NCBI RefSeq assembly: GCF_000392435.1
Contig: NC_021219.1
Location: forward strand, 120,001-152,000
Length of the DNA: 32,000 bases
DNA from: Candidatus Saccharimonas aalborgensis
GTDB lineage: Bacteria; Patescibacteriota; Saccharimonadia; Saccharimonadales; Saccharimonadaceae
Reading direction: 5' to 3'
Numbering within the stretch: the first letter of the stretch is position 1; each line of letters starts with the position of its first letter. The notes beneath the pieces are model-generated. The model did not search any database, was not told the DNA's origin, and was given only the letters and a program-made list of their open reading frames with translations. This document shows positions 16,352 through 24,657 of this stretch, in pieces. The translations under genes were made by a program, and so were the position numbers.

Positions 16352-16717
16352 ATGAGTAGCATGGCAAAAAGCATTACTCAGAAATTAGATTACGGCTGCG
16401 GTGTAGCTTGCTTTGCATTTGTCTGCAATATGAATTTTGATGAGGCAATTAAATTCCTTGGAAGAGAATATAGCGTAAAAAATGGATGGCGACCTAGCGA
16501 TTTATCGAAGGAGCTAAACAGCTTTGGTTTCAATTACAAAAACTACTACGTGCGCAAAAAGGTTCATATTGAATACCCGCTAAATTCTATCGTATTGATC
16601 GAGAAATCACAGCAGTACTGTTGGTCATTACTTAGTCTTAACACCGAAAGGCTGGATGGATCCTTGGATAAATTTGCCCAAAACGAACGATATTCGCAAA
16701 GCAAAGTCAGGATTTAG
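16352..16717 (+). CDS. Peptidase C39-like (papain-like) domain protein
   Basis: KLDYGCGVACFAFVCNMNFDEAIKFLG ... WRPSDLSKELNSFGFNYK resembles C39-type cysteine peptidase starts. Confidence 0.6.
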   Translation: MSSMAKSITQKLDYGCGVACFAFVCNMNFDEAIKFLGREYSVKNGWRPSDLSKELNSFGFNYKNYYVRKKVHIEYPLNSIVLIEKSQQYCWSLLSLNTERLDGSLDKFAQNERYSQSKVRI

Positions 16718-16784
16718 AAAAAATCTACCAGGAAAAGCTATGTATGCATTGATACCAATTTCTTCCTAAAGCTCACGGCTATTC

Positions 16785-17630
16785 TCAGCGCTTGCGACGA
16801 AACGTGGGCATCATCTCAGGAATTGATTCTTTGACGCGGACAATATGCGACCGCACGGGTCGGCCAAAATAGTTACCGACGCTGGCGCCGGCGGCAATCG
16901 ATAGCGCAACACTGAGCGCCGTCAGGAGCAGCATGTTGCCTTCTGCGACCGATGATGCGGAGGGCTTATCGACAAACTGCATTAACCCGTTGTAGAGCGC
17001 GAGTCCCGGCACCAACGGCACAACACCGGCATCGATGAGAGCGATCGATGGCGAACGATACACACGAGCGATGATTGCCCCCGCAAATCCGACTAATACT
17101 GCTGCAACACCGTTTGCCAGTGCCTCGCCACTTGCAGCGGTCAACATATAGACGCCCCATCCCAACCCACCGATTATTCCCGCCCACACGACAGCAGCGA
17201 GTTTCGACTGCATAAACAACGCCCAACCCGCTGCAATAACAACCGCACCCATCACTTGCCAAAATGGATCACCGAGTGCCACAGGATCAGGTGATACAGC
17301 AATTTTACTTCCTGCCGCGTGAGCGACCAAAAGCCCGATCACAATCCCCATCACAATTCCGGCAGTCATCACAAATGTCTTCATGAAACGCGCACTCGCC
17401 GTCACATAGAACTCGTCGATCGCATCCTGAGCAGTCGCCACCACCATAAGGCCAGCCACCAGCATGACAATCCCCCCGACAACGATGAGCGTGGGATTAA
17501 CGCCAACAAACGGCCAGACGCCGCGATTGCCAAGCTCCACAACCAACGTTGCACTCATAGTAATCGTAAACGAAGATATCGCTTGAACAAAAAAACTAAG
17601 CACCTGCCGGGCTTCAAGCCAGCGAATCAC
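16785..17630 (-). CDS. Threonine/serine exporter (ThrE family), C-terminal part, GTG start
   Basis: MIRWLEARQVLSFFVQAISSF..., ATAQDAIDEFYVTASARFMKTFVMTAGIV, ALIDAGVVPLVPGLALYNGLMQF; ten or so TM segments. Confidence 0.8.
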   Translation of the reverse strand: MIRWLEARQVLSFFVQAISSFTITMSATLVVELGNRGVWPFVGVNPTLIVVGGIVMLVAGLMVVATAQDAIDEFYVTASARFMKTFVMTAGIVMGIVIGLLVAHAAGSKIAVSPDPVALGDPFWQVMGAVVIAAGWALFMQSKLAAVVWAGIIGGLGWGVYMLTAASGEALANGVAAVLVGFAGAIIARVYRSPSIALIDAGVVPLVPGLALYNGLMQFVDKPSASSVAEGNMLLLTALSVALSIAAGASVGNYFGRPVRSHIVRVKESIPEMMPTFRRKR

Positions 17631-18150
17631 GGTCGACCAAGCATCCTACCAAAAAAGTTGTCACCACAACAACCCACGAATTGGTAAATAACATCGTCGC
17701 ACCAGCGGTCACGCTCGCGTTTCCGATCATCGTCAGCCAACTTGGGTAGGTTGGCTTGACAGCAATTATTTTTTCGAATCTCGCTTCCGCCGAATCGAGA
17801 CTGAGTCCTCCGCGAATACTCCTCACCAAATCTTGCATCTCTTGGACAATAAGATTGTTGGGATTTTGCATCGAAACGGTGCGAATGAGCGTCAAGGGTT
17901 CTCGATCAATACCGCGATCCTGCGATGCCATGATAGACGTAGCGTTGATATCAATATGCACCCGCCGCTGACAAAGTGTCTCGGTTATATCCAGTGCGCT
18001 ATCTACTACATCGTGTGCCGACACGCCGTGACAAAGCAGCTGCTCGGCAATACGCATCGTCAGGCGTAGTGCCCGCATATTTGGTGTCAGATCACGACCA
18101 ACTTTTTGGGTATCAGTAGCAGCAGGAGTGATTGCCCTCTCATAAATCAT
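17614..18150 (-). CDS. Threonine/serine exporter (ThrE/DUF1212) N-terminal part, in a different frame from the C-terminal part
   Basis: LRLTMRIAEQLLCHGVSAHDVVDSALDITETLCQRRVHIDINATSIM...SGIxxA-like region ...VGCLVDRDSLA*; overlaps the next ORF by 17 nt. Confidence 0.75.
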   Translation of the reverse strand: MIYERAITPAATDTQKVGRDLTPNMRALRLTMRIAEQLLCHGVSAHDVVDSALDITETLCQRRVHIDINATSIMASQDRGIDREPLTLIRTVSMQNPNNLIVQEMQDLVRSIRGGLSLDSAEARFEKIIAVKPTYPSWLTMIGNASVTAGATMLFTNSWVVVVTTFLVGCLVDRDSLA

Positions 18151-18170
18151 ACTCTCTAGTATACCGATAG

Positions 18171-18665
18171 TTACTGTTCGCGAGAACCCCTCGATGATGT
18201 TGACCGATGAGGCAATTCACGAATAACGATAACGACTGCGCAAACGAGAAGTCCAGTAAACAGCACCATCCACGTCCCGACGGGGAGAAGTAGCGTCCCT
18301 CCAAAGAGACCTGACTCAGCAGTGTAATTTCCTTGAATATTGAGAATGAGGGCGAGGAACAACCACACTATGGCTGTCGCAAGTGTTGCTACCCTGGATA
18401 CTGCCCACCATCGGTAAGCAAGTTTCATCGAGAGTAGAAACGGCAAGGAAAGAACTTCCAGGAGTGGTATCGAGAATGCTAACACTGTCGCCGTTATCTT
18501 GCCCCCCGCCAAGCCATATGCGGCCGTTATATCGGCAAATTGCTCGTAGGTAAATAACTGCATAATCGCCAAAAAAAGGTAGACACCGGCAAGCGTGAAT
18601 CCACGCCAATAAGCAGGATTACCGAAGAAAACACTAGGGAATACGGACCGAAAATAAGTCTTCAT
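18171..18665 (-). CDS. Multi-TM hypothetical membrane protein
   Basis: Start chosen at MKTYFRSVFPS, preceded by AAGGA; four or five hydrophobic segments. Confidence 0.6.
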   Translation of the reverse strand: MKTYFRSVFPSVFFGNPAYWRGFTLAGVYLFLAIMQLFTYEQFADITAAYGLAGGKITATVLAFSIPLLEVLSLPFLLSMKLAYRWWAVSRVATLATAIVWLFLALILNIQGNYTAESGLFGGTLLLPVGTWMVLFTGLLVCAVVIVIRELPHRSTSSRGSREQ

Positions 18666-18796
18666 ATCCTTAGTATACTGCTGTCTTGCACGGCAAACTG
18701 TTGTTTTTTTGTACATACTGCTTGCGCTTTTTGAAAACAGAGTGTATTGTACTGATAGCGAACGTTACAAAAACAAACACCACAAAAAAATCTTGT

Positions 18797-19201
18797 AGAC
18801 GCCGAGGTCGCGTAGGGCAATGCGCGTGACGGCCGCGTTGAGTTGCCCCTGGGAGCGGTAGGCTCCCTGGAACAGTCGGGTGCGGTCGGCGCGGTCACTG
18901 AAGATGCGAAACATCAACTACCTCCGTGGTCGGGGATTTGGACACTACAATAGTAACATAAAAATTGTGAGTAGTCAAGTAACCCTCGATTCAGTCTCCT
19001 CTCCTCCCCCGACAGACAGTTGGCCCTGATGGGCCAAGGCCCGCCAAGGCGAAGGCTAATCAGTTTGCGGCGGGCCGGTTGTCTGGAGTGGGGAAGTGGG
19101 GAGACTCGGGTACGTGGCAATAAGGGTACGCTCATTGACACCAGAGGCCGAACAGTGTACACTTGTGTGAAGTGATAATACTATGTTAAAAGAGTAAGTA
19201 A
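18797..19201. repeat. About 405-bp inverted repeat, left copy (pairs with 21677-22082)
   Basis: Direct comparison: GTGACGGCCGCGTTGAGTTGCCCC...CGAGGGTTACTTG...rpsP promoter...GTTAAAAGAGTAAGTAA present in reverse complement at 21677-22082. Confidence 0.92.
19135..19163 (+). promoter_or_regulatory. Promoter upstream of rpsP
   Basis: TTGACA - 17 nt - TACACT, inside the inverted repeat. Confidence 0.75.
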
Positions 19202-19217
19202 AGGAAGTATTCATTTT

Positions 19218-19631
19218 ATGCTCGCAATTCGTTTGCAACGGTTGGGCCGCAAAGCCTATCCTGTCTACCGTCTCGCTGTTCAGGAAGCACAGCGTCATCC
19301 TTCGAGCGGCCGTGTGGTTGCCTACGTCGGAACCTACAACCCCCACACAAAAGAAGTTAGTATTCAGACAGAAGCTGCTCAGAAGTACCTCGATAACGGT
19401 GCTCAGCCAACACCTCGAGTCGTGAAGCTTCTCAAAGATGCCGGTGTGACATTGCCAAAGTGGGTCAAAGAATTTGATGGTTCAAAGGCAAAATCAGTCA
19501 AAAAAGCTGATAAGCTCCGCAAAAACCAGCCAAAAGAGGAAGTGACTGAAGTAGAGCAAGAAACTCCTGAAGTTCCTGCCGACGAAGTTGTGGCTGACAC
19601 TACTGTTAGCGAAGAACCAACTGCCGAATAA
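19218..19631 (+). CDS. rpsP: 30S ribosomal protein S16 with acidic C-terminal extension
   Basis: MLAIRLQRLGRKAYPVYRLAVQEAQRHPSSGRVVAYVGTYNPHTKE. Confidence 0.97.
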   Translation: MLAIRLQRLGRKAYPVYRLAVQEAQRHPSSGRVVAYVGTYNPHTKEVSIQTEAAQKYLDNGAQPTPRVVKLLKDAGVTLPKWVKEFDGSKAKSVKKADKLRKNQPKEEVTEVEQETPEVPADEVVADTTVSEEPTAE

Positions 19632-19654
19632 GTTACACTAATGCAAACGAACAC

Positions 19655-19684
19655 ACTACCTCTCTCGCTCAGAGAGGTAGTTTT
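19655..19684 (+). terminator. Rho-independent terminator/attenuator after rpsP
   Basis: ACTACCTCTCT-CGCTC-AGAGAGGTAGTTTT. Confidence 0.85.
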
Positions 19685-19761
19685 GTATTATGCCTTCAGC
19701 AGCGTGGTACAATGAAATATAGCGATATTAACAGTGAGACCAGAACAGGAGGCTAGTGGGC

Positions 19762-20166
19762 ATGTCAACTATCGACCAGCAATTTGTAGAATATATCGTC
19801 AAATCACTTGTAGAACATCCCGATGATGTGATCGTTGATCGTATCGTCGATGAAAAAGGGGTGCTTCTGACGCTGACCGTCAATCCAGAGGATCTCGGCA
19901 GAGTGATTGGACGCCGCGGCGTTACAGCCCAAAGCCTGAGAACACTTCTCAGGGCACTCGGAACAAAAAACACCGCTCGTTACAACCTAAAGATTGTCAA
20001 CAATGACGACCCGAATGATTCAACGGTTATTTCATCTGATGATGCAACTGATGACGCTGTGGAAAATGTGACCGAGGATACTGTGGAAAACGAGTCAGAA
20101 AAAGAGAGTGATTTCGCAAAAAAGTCTCGCCAAGAGCTTGCGGAACTCGATGATCTCGATATATAA
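19762..20166 (+). CDS. khpA: KH-domain RNA-binding protein (KhpA) with acidic tail
   Basis: VEYIVKSLVEHPDDV...VNPEDLGRVIGRRGVTAQSLRTLLRALG, located between rpsP and trmD. Confidence 0.9.
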   Translation: MSTIDQQFVEYIVKSLVEHPDDVIVDRIVDEKGVLLTLTVNPEDLGRVIGRRGVTAQSLRTLLRALGTKNTARYNLKIVNNDDPNDSTVISSDDATDDAVENVTEDTVENESEKESDFAKKSRQELAELDDLDI

Positions 20167-20264
20167 TCATAAACAGTTCATGCGAGAATCTTGAACTTGA
20201 ACGACAAAAGCTCTTGCGAGCAAACCACATGTGTTACTGACCCAAGAAGAGATAAAGACCTGTC

Positions 20265-20588
20265 TCACAGGATACGGGTGGAAAGTATGTAGGTTGCGAC
20301 AGTCAAGATCGTGACGACCACTCCCCCTACCAAAAAGGTGACGATATGTCCTGATCGAGCGTGCTCATGCTGATACTCATGCGCCCCAAGCTCGCCGCGT
20401 GTCTGTTCTGTGTCAATAGGAGGGTTTGCAAGGGGACCAGCAACAAGATGCTGGTTGACGACTTGTTCGTCTGGCAAGTCGTCGGGTTTGACGTTATCTG
20501 TGAGCGGCTGAAGCGTCAAATCGCGCTCTTGAGCAGCAAGCACCTCCGCACTTGGCATGTCGTCACTCGTCGATAACTCACTGTCCAT
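20265..20588 (-). CDS. Hypothetical protein with C-terminal TM helix
   Basis: 107 aa; ends HSGHIVTFLVGGVVVTILTVATYILSTRIL. Confidence 0.6.
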   Translation of the reverse strand: MDSELSTSDDMPSAEVLAAQERDLTLQPLTDNVKPDDLPDEQVVNQHLVAGPLANPPIDTEQTRGELGAHEYQHEHARSGHIVTFLVGGVVVTILTVATYILSTRIL

Positions 20589-20655
20589 ATTGTTTATACT
20601 ATACCACGAAAGTAGCCCGCCGAGCGAGCGAATCCTGAGGCCATGTTGGCTCGGA

Positions 20656-20814
20656 TCAGGCTACAATCGACGGGCGTGCCCGTAGGGGGGGGTGAGTGGG
20701 GGTCAGTCGTCGCTGTCGACTCGTGCATCCAGCCTCGCGCGGTGCTCTGATGCGATGATCAGAGACGCCAGCGCGGATGAAGGCGACAATGACGATAAAG
20801 AAAATGCTGCTCAT
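20656..20814 (-). CDS. Candidate 52-aa GC-rich small ORF
   Basis: MSSIFFIVIVAFIRAGVSDHRIRAPREAGC... preceded by a strong TAAGGAG SD; includes a poly-G/C tract. Confidence 0.35.
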   Translation of the reverse strand: MSSIFFIVIVAFIRAGVSDHRIRAPREAGCTSRQRRLTPTHPPLRARPSIVA

Positions 20815-20943
20815 ACCAGCTCCTTACGGGTTGGGACTGTCAGGAATTGACAGTAATATCATTATAGCATAAGAACAATAAAAAAGCAATACATCGGATG
20901 CAACCACTAGCATAATTTGTCAATAGGTGCTATGATACTTTTT

Positions 20944-21597
20944 ATGAAAAAGTTCCAAGTCATCACTCTTTTTCCCGAGATGTGCGGAGGTGTGTTTGGC
21001 AACAGTATGATGTGGAAGGCCCAAAAAGACGGACACGTTACACTTGAGACAATACATCTACGAGAGTTTGGTATTGGCCCTCGCAAACAAGTTGATGACA
21101 CCCCCTATGGAGGTGGTGATGGCATGCTGTTGATGGTAGAGCCACTGTGGAACGCCATTATGCAGGCAAAGAGCCTTGATCCTTCGGCAAAGGTGCTCTT
21201 GATGACACCGAGAGGCAGTCGATGGAAGCAGGCCGATGCCCGCAGCTACAGCGAGTCAACGCACGGGTATATTTTTGTATGCGGACGCTATGAGGGCTAT
21301 GATGAGCGAATTATGTCGCTCGTCGACGAGGAAATAAGCGTCGGTGACTACGTGCTGACCGGTGGTGAGCTGCCAGCTATGACGATTATCGACAGCATCG
21401 TACGCCTTATTCCGGGTGTTCTCGGTGGTTCTGAGAGCGCGGCGGTAGAAAGTTTTGTTGATGGGAAAACGCTGGAGTATCCTCAATATACACGACCAGA
21501 AGTTTGGCAGGATATGCGCGTACCCGATGTCTTACTAAGTGGGCATCATGGTCAGATTGCTGCCTGGCGGGCTAAGCATAGCAAGAAGGCAGGCTAA
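20944..21597 (+). CDS. trmD: tRNA (guanine-N1)-methyltransferase
   Basis: MKKFQVITLFPEMCGGVFGNSM...DDTPYGGGDGML...LLMTPRG...FVCGRYEGYDERI...EISVGDYVLTGGELPAM. Confidence 0.97.
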   Translation: MKKFQVITLFPEMCGGVFGNSMMWKAQKDGHVTLETIHLREFGIGPRKQVDDTPYGGGDGMLLMVEPLWNAIMQAKSLDPSAKVLLMTPRGSRWKQADARSYSESTHGYIFVCGRYEGYDERIMSLVDEEISVGDYVLTGGELPAMTIIDSIVRLIPGVLGGSESAAVESFVDGKTLEYPQYTRPEVWQDMRVPDVLLSGHHGQIAAWRAKHSKKAG

Positions 21598-21607
21598 TAA
21601 AATGGCA

Positions 21608-21630
21608 ATACCCCGCGAAAAGCGGGGTAC
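21608..21630. terminator. Hairpin after trmD
   Basis: TACCCCGC-GAAAA-GCGGGGTAC. Confidence 0.5.
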
Positions 21631-21676
21631 CACACAATATATGTTGTGGTGGATATATCGTAGAGCGATATGCTCC

Positions 21677-22082
21677 TTTACTTACTCTTTTAACATAGTA
21701 TTATCACTTCACACAAGTGTACACTGTTCGGCCTCTGGTGTCAATGAGCGTACCCTTATTGCCACGTACCCGAGTCTCCCCACTTCCCCACTCCAGACAA
21801 CCGGCCCGCCGCAAACTGATTAGCCTTCGCCTTGGCGGGCCTTGGCCCATCAGGGCCAACTGTCTGTCGGGGGAGGAGAGGAGACTGAATCGAGGGTTAC
21901 TTGACTACTCACAATTTTTATGTTACTATTGTAGTGTCCAAATCCCCGACCACGGAGGTAGTTGATGTTTCGCATCTTCAGTGACCGCGCCGACCGCACC
22001 CGACTGTTCCAGGGAGCCTACCGCTCCCAGGGGCAACTCAACGCGGCCGTCACGCGCATTGCCCTACGCGACCTCGGCGTCT
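21677..22082. repeat. About 405-bp inverted repeat, right copy (pairs with 18797-19201)
   Basis: See left copy. Confidence 0.92.
21901..21929 (+). promoter_or_regulatory. Promoter of the 74-aa GC-rich ORF
   Basis: TTGACT - 17 nt - TACTAT. Confidence 0.7.
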
Positions 22083-22189
22083 GTGACGTCGAGCGCGTGG
22101 GCGAGCATGACCTCCGGGTCACGCTCTACTCCTGCGTCGAGTGGAGCGACTGGCTCGCCGAGCAGATTGCGGCCGAGTTTGCCGCCTGA
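21965..22189 (+). CDS. GC-rich small acidic ORF, hypothetical
   Basis: 74 aa, GGAGG RBS, promoter upstream, 16-bp perfect hairpin downstream; a 3'-truncated copy sits in the left inverted repeat. Confidence 0.6.
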   Translation: MFRIFSDRADRTRLFQGAYRSQGQLNAAVTRIALRDLGVCDVERVGEHDLRVTLYSCVEWSDWLAEQIAAEFAA

Positions 22190-22211
22190 TCGCAGCCACG
22201 GGACACCCCTC

Positions 22212-22248
22212 GGGTACCGGCCGTTTGCCACACAAACGGCCGGTACCC
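22212..22248 (+). terminator. 16-bp perfect hairpin downstream of the small ORF
   Basis: GGGTACCGGCCGTTTG-CCACA-CAAACGGCCGGTACCC (weak T tract). Confidence 0.6.
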
Positions 22249-22272
22249 TGCTTGATTTCTAGCCCCCTTATC

Positions 22273-22986
22273 TTATGAATCGCGTTTTTCGTACGCCTTT
22301 AGGGCAGCACGTGCCGCCTGTTGCTGTGCAAACTGCTTACTTGGGCCAGTACCCTTGCCCATCAAGACACCACCGACATAGGCACCGAGAGTAAACTCTT
22401 TATCGTGATCGGGACCTTCTTCACTAATGACTTTATAGACAGGGGTCGCGCCATCAAGACGCTGCGATACCTCTTGGAGGTGCGACTTTGGGTCACGCCA
22501 CGAGCCTTCGTCGAGGATTGATTCGAGTTTGCTGAGGATATGGGTATGAATGAAATCGCTGGCTGCCTGATACCCTTGGTCGAGATACAGAGACCCAATA
22601 GTTGCCTCAAAGGCGTTGGCGAGTATCTGTAAACGGGCGCGTTCAGAACCATTTTTTTCGCCCTTGCTCATGCGTACCAGCGGCTCATAGCCGAGACGCA
22701 TACCCGCCTCACCAATGCTTTCGGTGCGTACGAGTGCCGCCCGCCAACTTGTCAGGATGCCCTCTGGTTCCGAGAATGTCTTGAACAAATAGTCTGTCAC
22801 CACCAGCTCCAGCACCGCATCGCCCAAAAATTCAAGCCGCTCGTTGTGCTCGCTGACGCTCTTACGGTGCTCGTTGACATAGCTGCGATGTGTCAATGCA
22901 GTGATAAAAAGTTGAATATCATTGTAGGTAATCCCCAACGTTTCCTTGGCAAACTGTACATATGGTCCAATCGGCATTCCACTCAC
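22273..22986 (-). CDS. rnc: Ribonuclease III
   Basis: ALTHRSYVNEHR...HNERLEFLGDAVLELVVTDYLF, ...ILANAFEATIGSLYLDQGYQ, C-terminal dsRBD. Confidence 0.96.
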   Translation of the reverse strand: MSGMPIGPYVQFAKETLGITYNDIQLFITALTHRSYVNEHRKSVSEHNERLEFLGDAVLELVVTDYLFKTFSEPEGILTSWRAALVRTESIGEAGMRLGYEPLVRMSKGEKNGSERARLQILANAFEATIGSLYLDQGYQAASDFIHTHILSKLESILDEGSWRDPKSHLQEVSQRLDGATPVYKVISEEGPDHDKEFTLGAYVGGVLMGKGTGPSKQFAQQQAARAALKAYEKRDS

Positions 22987-22988
22987 GG

Positions 22989-23483
22989 CTACAGCCCCTC
23001 CTGTCGAATACGTTTCTTGGCAAGCAACATTAGCTTTCCTATATCTTCATATTCAATGAGATCAAGTGCTTCGGCAAAGGAAAACCACTTGATACCATTC
23101 ATCCATTCTTCTTTCTGTATCGCATTGGTATCGCCCTTTGCTCGCACGAGATATATTTGCGTTGTCATGAGAACAAGTCGATCGAGCCGACGATAGCGAA
23201 AATGTATCTTACCTAACCAACCGAGCATATCAACATCTGTCAGGCCGGCCTCCTCGCCAATCTCGCGACGTGCCGTCTGCAGCGCCGTCTCGCCTTCTTC
23301 GATATGACCTTTTGGAATTGTCCATCGATCTTTTGCATCCTGAATCAATAGAATCTCTAAGTCACCCGTCTTACCATGACGAAATACAATCCCGCCGCTA
23401 GTAGGCTCGCGGACGATTTCTTGGATGGATGGCTTGTGTTTACCTAAATATTTCTTAAAACGATCAAACTTTGGCGCCGGCAT
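22989..23483 (-). CDS. NUDIX hydrolase
   Basis: Nudix box GHIEEGETALQTARREIGEEAGL; start at MPAPKFDRFKKYLG overlapping the nusB 3' end. Confidence 0.92.
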   Translation of the reverse strand: MPAPKFDRFKKYLGKHKPSIQEIVREPTSGGIVFRHGKTGDLEILLIQDAKDRWTIPKGHIEEGETALQTARREIGEEAGLTDVDMLGWLGKIHFRYRRLDRLVLMTTQIYLVRAKGDTNAIQKEEWMNGIKWFSFAEALDLIEYEDIGKLMLLAKKRIRQEGL

Positions 23484-23925
23484 TGTCTGGTTTCTCCTCG
23501 ACAAGCGTACGATACGCAGTCCCCAGGACTCCGTTGATAAACTTGCTTGAGTTATCAGAACCAAACGCTTTAGCGAGCTCAACCGCCTCGTTGATGGCGA
23601 CCTTTGGCGGCACTTTGTCGCTGCCAAAAAGTAGTTCGTAGAGTCCGAGTCGCAGAACTGATCGGTCGATGCGGGCAATCTGCTCAATTGGCCACTCTGG
23701 AGCAATCGGCTGGATGGTTTCATCCAGGTGTGCTTGCTCCTTTACGACACCCTCTACGAGAGATTTGACAAATGCCGTATCATCGATGGCTGATTCGTAA
23801 CGCTCAAGATTTCGCGCCAATATCTCATCGAGATCAACACTTGGATCCTCTGACTGCGTACGAAACTCATACTCGTAGAGAGTTTGGAGAGCGACGATAC
23901 GCCCAAGATGACGATTTGAGGCCAT
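23464..23925 (-). CDS. nusB: Transcription antitermination protein NusB
   Basis: RIVALQTLYEYEF...IARIDRSVLRLGLYELLF...VPPKVAINEAVELAKAFGSDNSSKFINGVLGTAYR. Confidence 0.95.
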   Translation of the reverse strand: MASNRHLGRIVALQTLYEYEFRTQSEDPSVDLDEILARNLERYESAIDDTAFVKSLVEGVVKEQAHLDETIQPIAPEWPIEQIARIDRSVLRLGLYELLFGSDKVPPKVAINEAVELAKAFGSDNSSKFINGVLGTAYRTLVEEKPDNAGAKV

Positions 23926-23983
23926 TGCTGTTTGGTTCTTTCCTTGTTAAATTATCCCACCTAGTTCCACAAAAAGTAGCAAC

Positions 23984-24127
23984 CTACTTTTTCTTGCCCG
24001 TCTCGTTTTTTGTGGTACGGACTTTGACGGGTGATGTGGCATTTACCTTACGCGCAAGCTTGAGCACCAGGTGGCTGCGACGTAGACCTGTCTTGCGAGG
24101 GCTCGTCTGCTTCTTTGGCTGTGCCAT
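23984..24127 (-). CDS. rpmF: 50S ribosomal protein L32
   Basis: Hand translation: MAQPKKQTSPRKTGLRRSHLVLKLARKVNATSPVKVRTTKNETGKKK; missed by the ORF track because of its size cutoff. Confidence 0.85.
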   Translation of the reverse strand: MAQPKKQTSPRKTGLRRSHLVLKLARKVNATSPVKVRTTKNETGKKK

Positions 24128-24235
24128 GAAATGTTCTCCTGTTTAGGATGTGATAAAACTTGTTTATTAGTGTACTTGATTATGCGGTTTTTCTCAAGGG
24201 GGTTGACTATAGCTGATTTTTATATCATAAGCTTA

Positions 24236-24264
24236 TTGACAAAATATATATAAAGTAGTATAAT
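24236..24264 (+). promoter_or_regulatory. Perfect consensus sigma70-type promoter
   Basis: TTGACA - 17 nt - TATAAT. Confidence 0.85.
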
Positions 24265-24321
24265 GACAATTGTCGGACAGTCGTCTGGCACCCGTACTTC
24301 CCCGGCCCCTAGGAGGCTCGC

Positions 24322-24615
24322 ATGTTCTACAACATCGCTGTGTACGCCGGCCTAACCGTCCTCGAGGCGATTGCCATCGTGATGATGGCGCGATCAGTCC
24401 AGGACGCGCAGACGCGCCGGCTCGGCGCGGCCATCATCCTGGCGGTCTGCGCCGTGGCCGCCTACCTCGGCGTTTGGGTTTCCCCCGCGAGGGGGAGTGC
24501 CGCCGAGGATGGCCTGCGGCCGTTCCTCTGGTTCGGCCTTCTGAACGTCATCGCGTTCGTGGTCTTCGTGATCACGTCGCGGCTGAAGTACGGAAAGCCC
24601 CGCTCCTCCTCGTGA
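24322..24615 (+). CDS. GC-rich small membrane protein, three hydrophobic segments
   Basis: 97 aa, AGGAGG RBS, consensus promoter upstream, GC-rich hairpin followed by CGTTTTT at its end. Confidence 0.65.
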   Translation: MFYNIAVYAGLTVLEAIAIVMMARSVQDAQTRRLGAAIILAVCAVAAYLGVWVSPARGSAAEDGLRPFLWFGLLNVIAFVVFVITSRLKYGKPRSSS

Positions 24616-24657
24616 GGGCGGGGCTCTTCCCGTTTTTAGGGGAGTTATTTTGCTATA

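Noticed and set aside
18930-19130. CRISPR-like or dispersed repeat array
   Set aside because: Only two inverted copies exist, with no spaced direct repeats; no CRISPR array seen anywhere in the window.
19056-19346. Minus ORF 19056-19346 and plus ORF 21539-21823 sharing the peptide CSFTYSFNIVLSLHTSVHC...TGPPQTD
   Set aside because: The shared tail is the translation of the 405-bp inverted repeat, not a conserved gene; the sections outside overlap rpsP/trmD antisense or sense regions.
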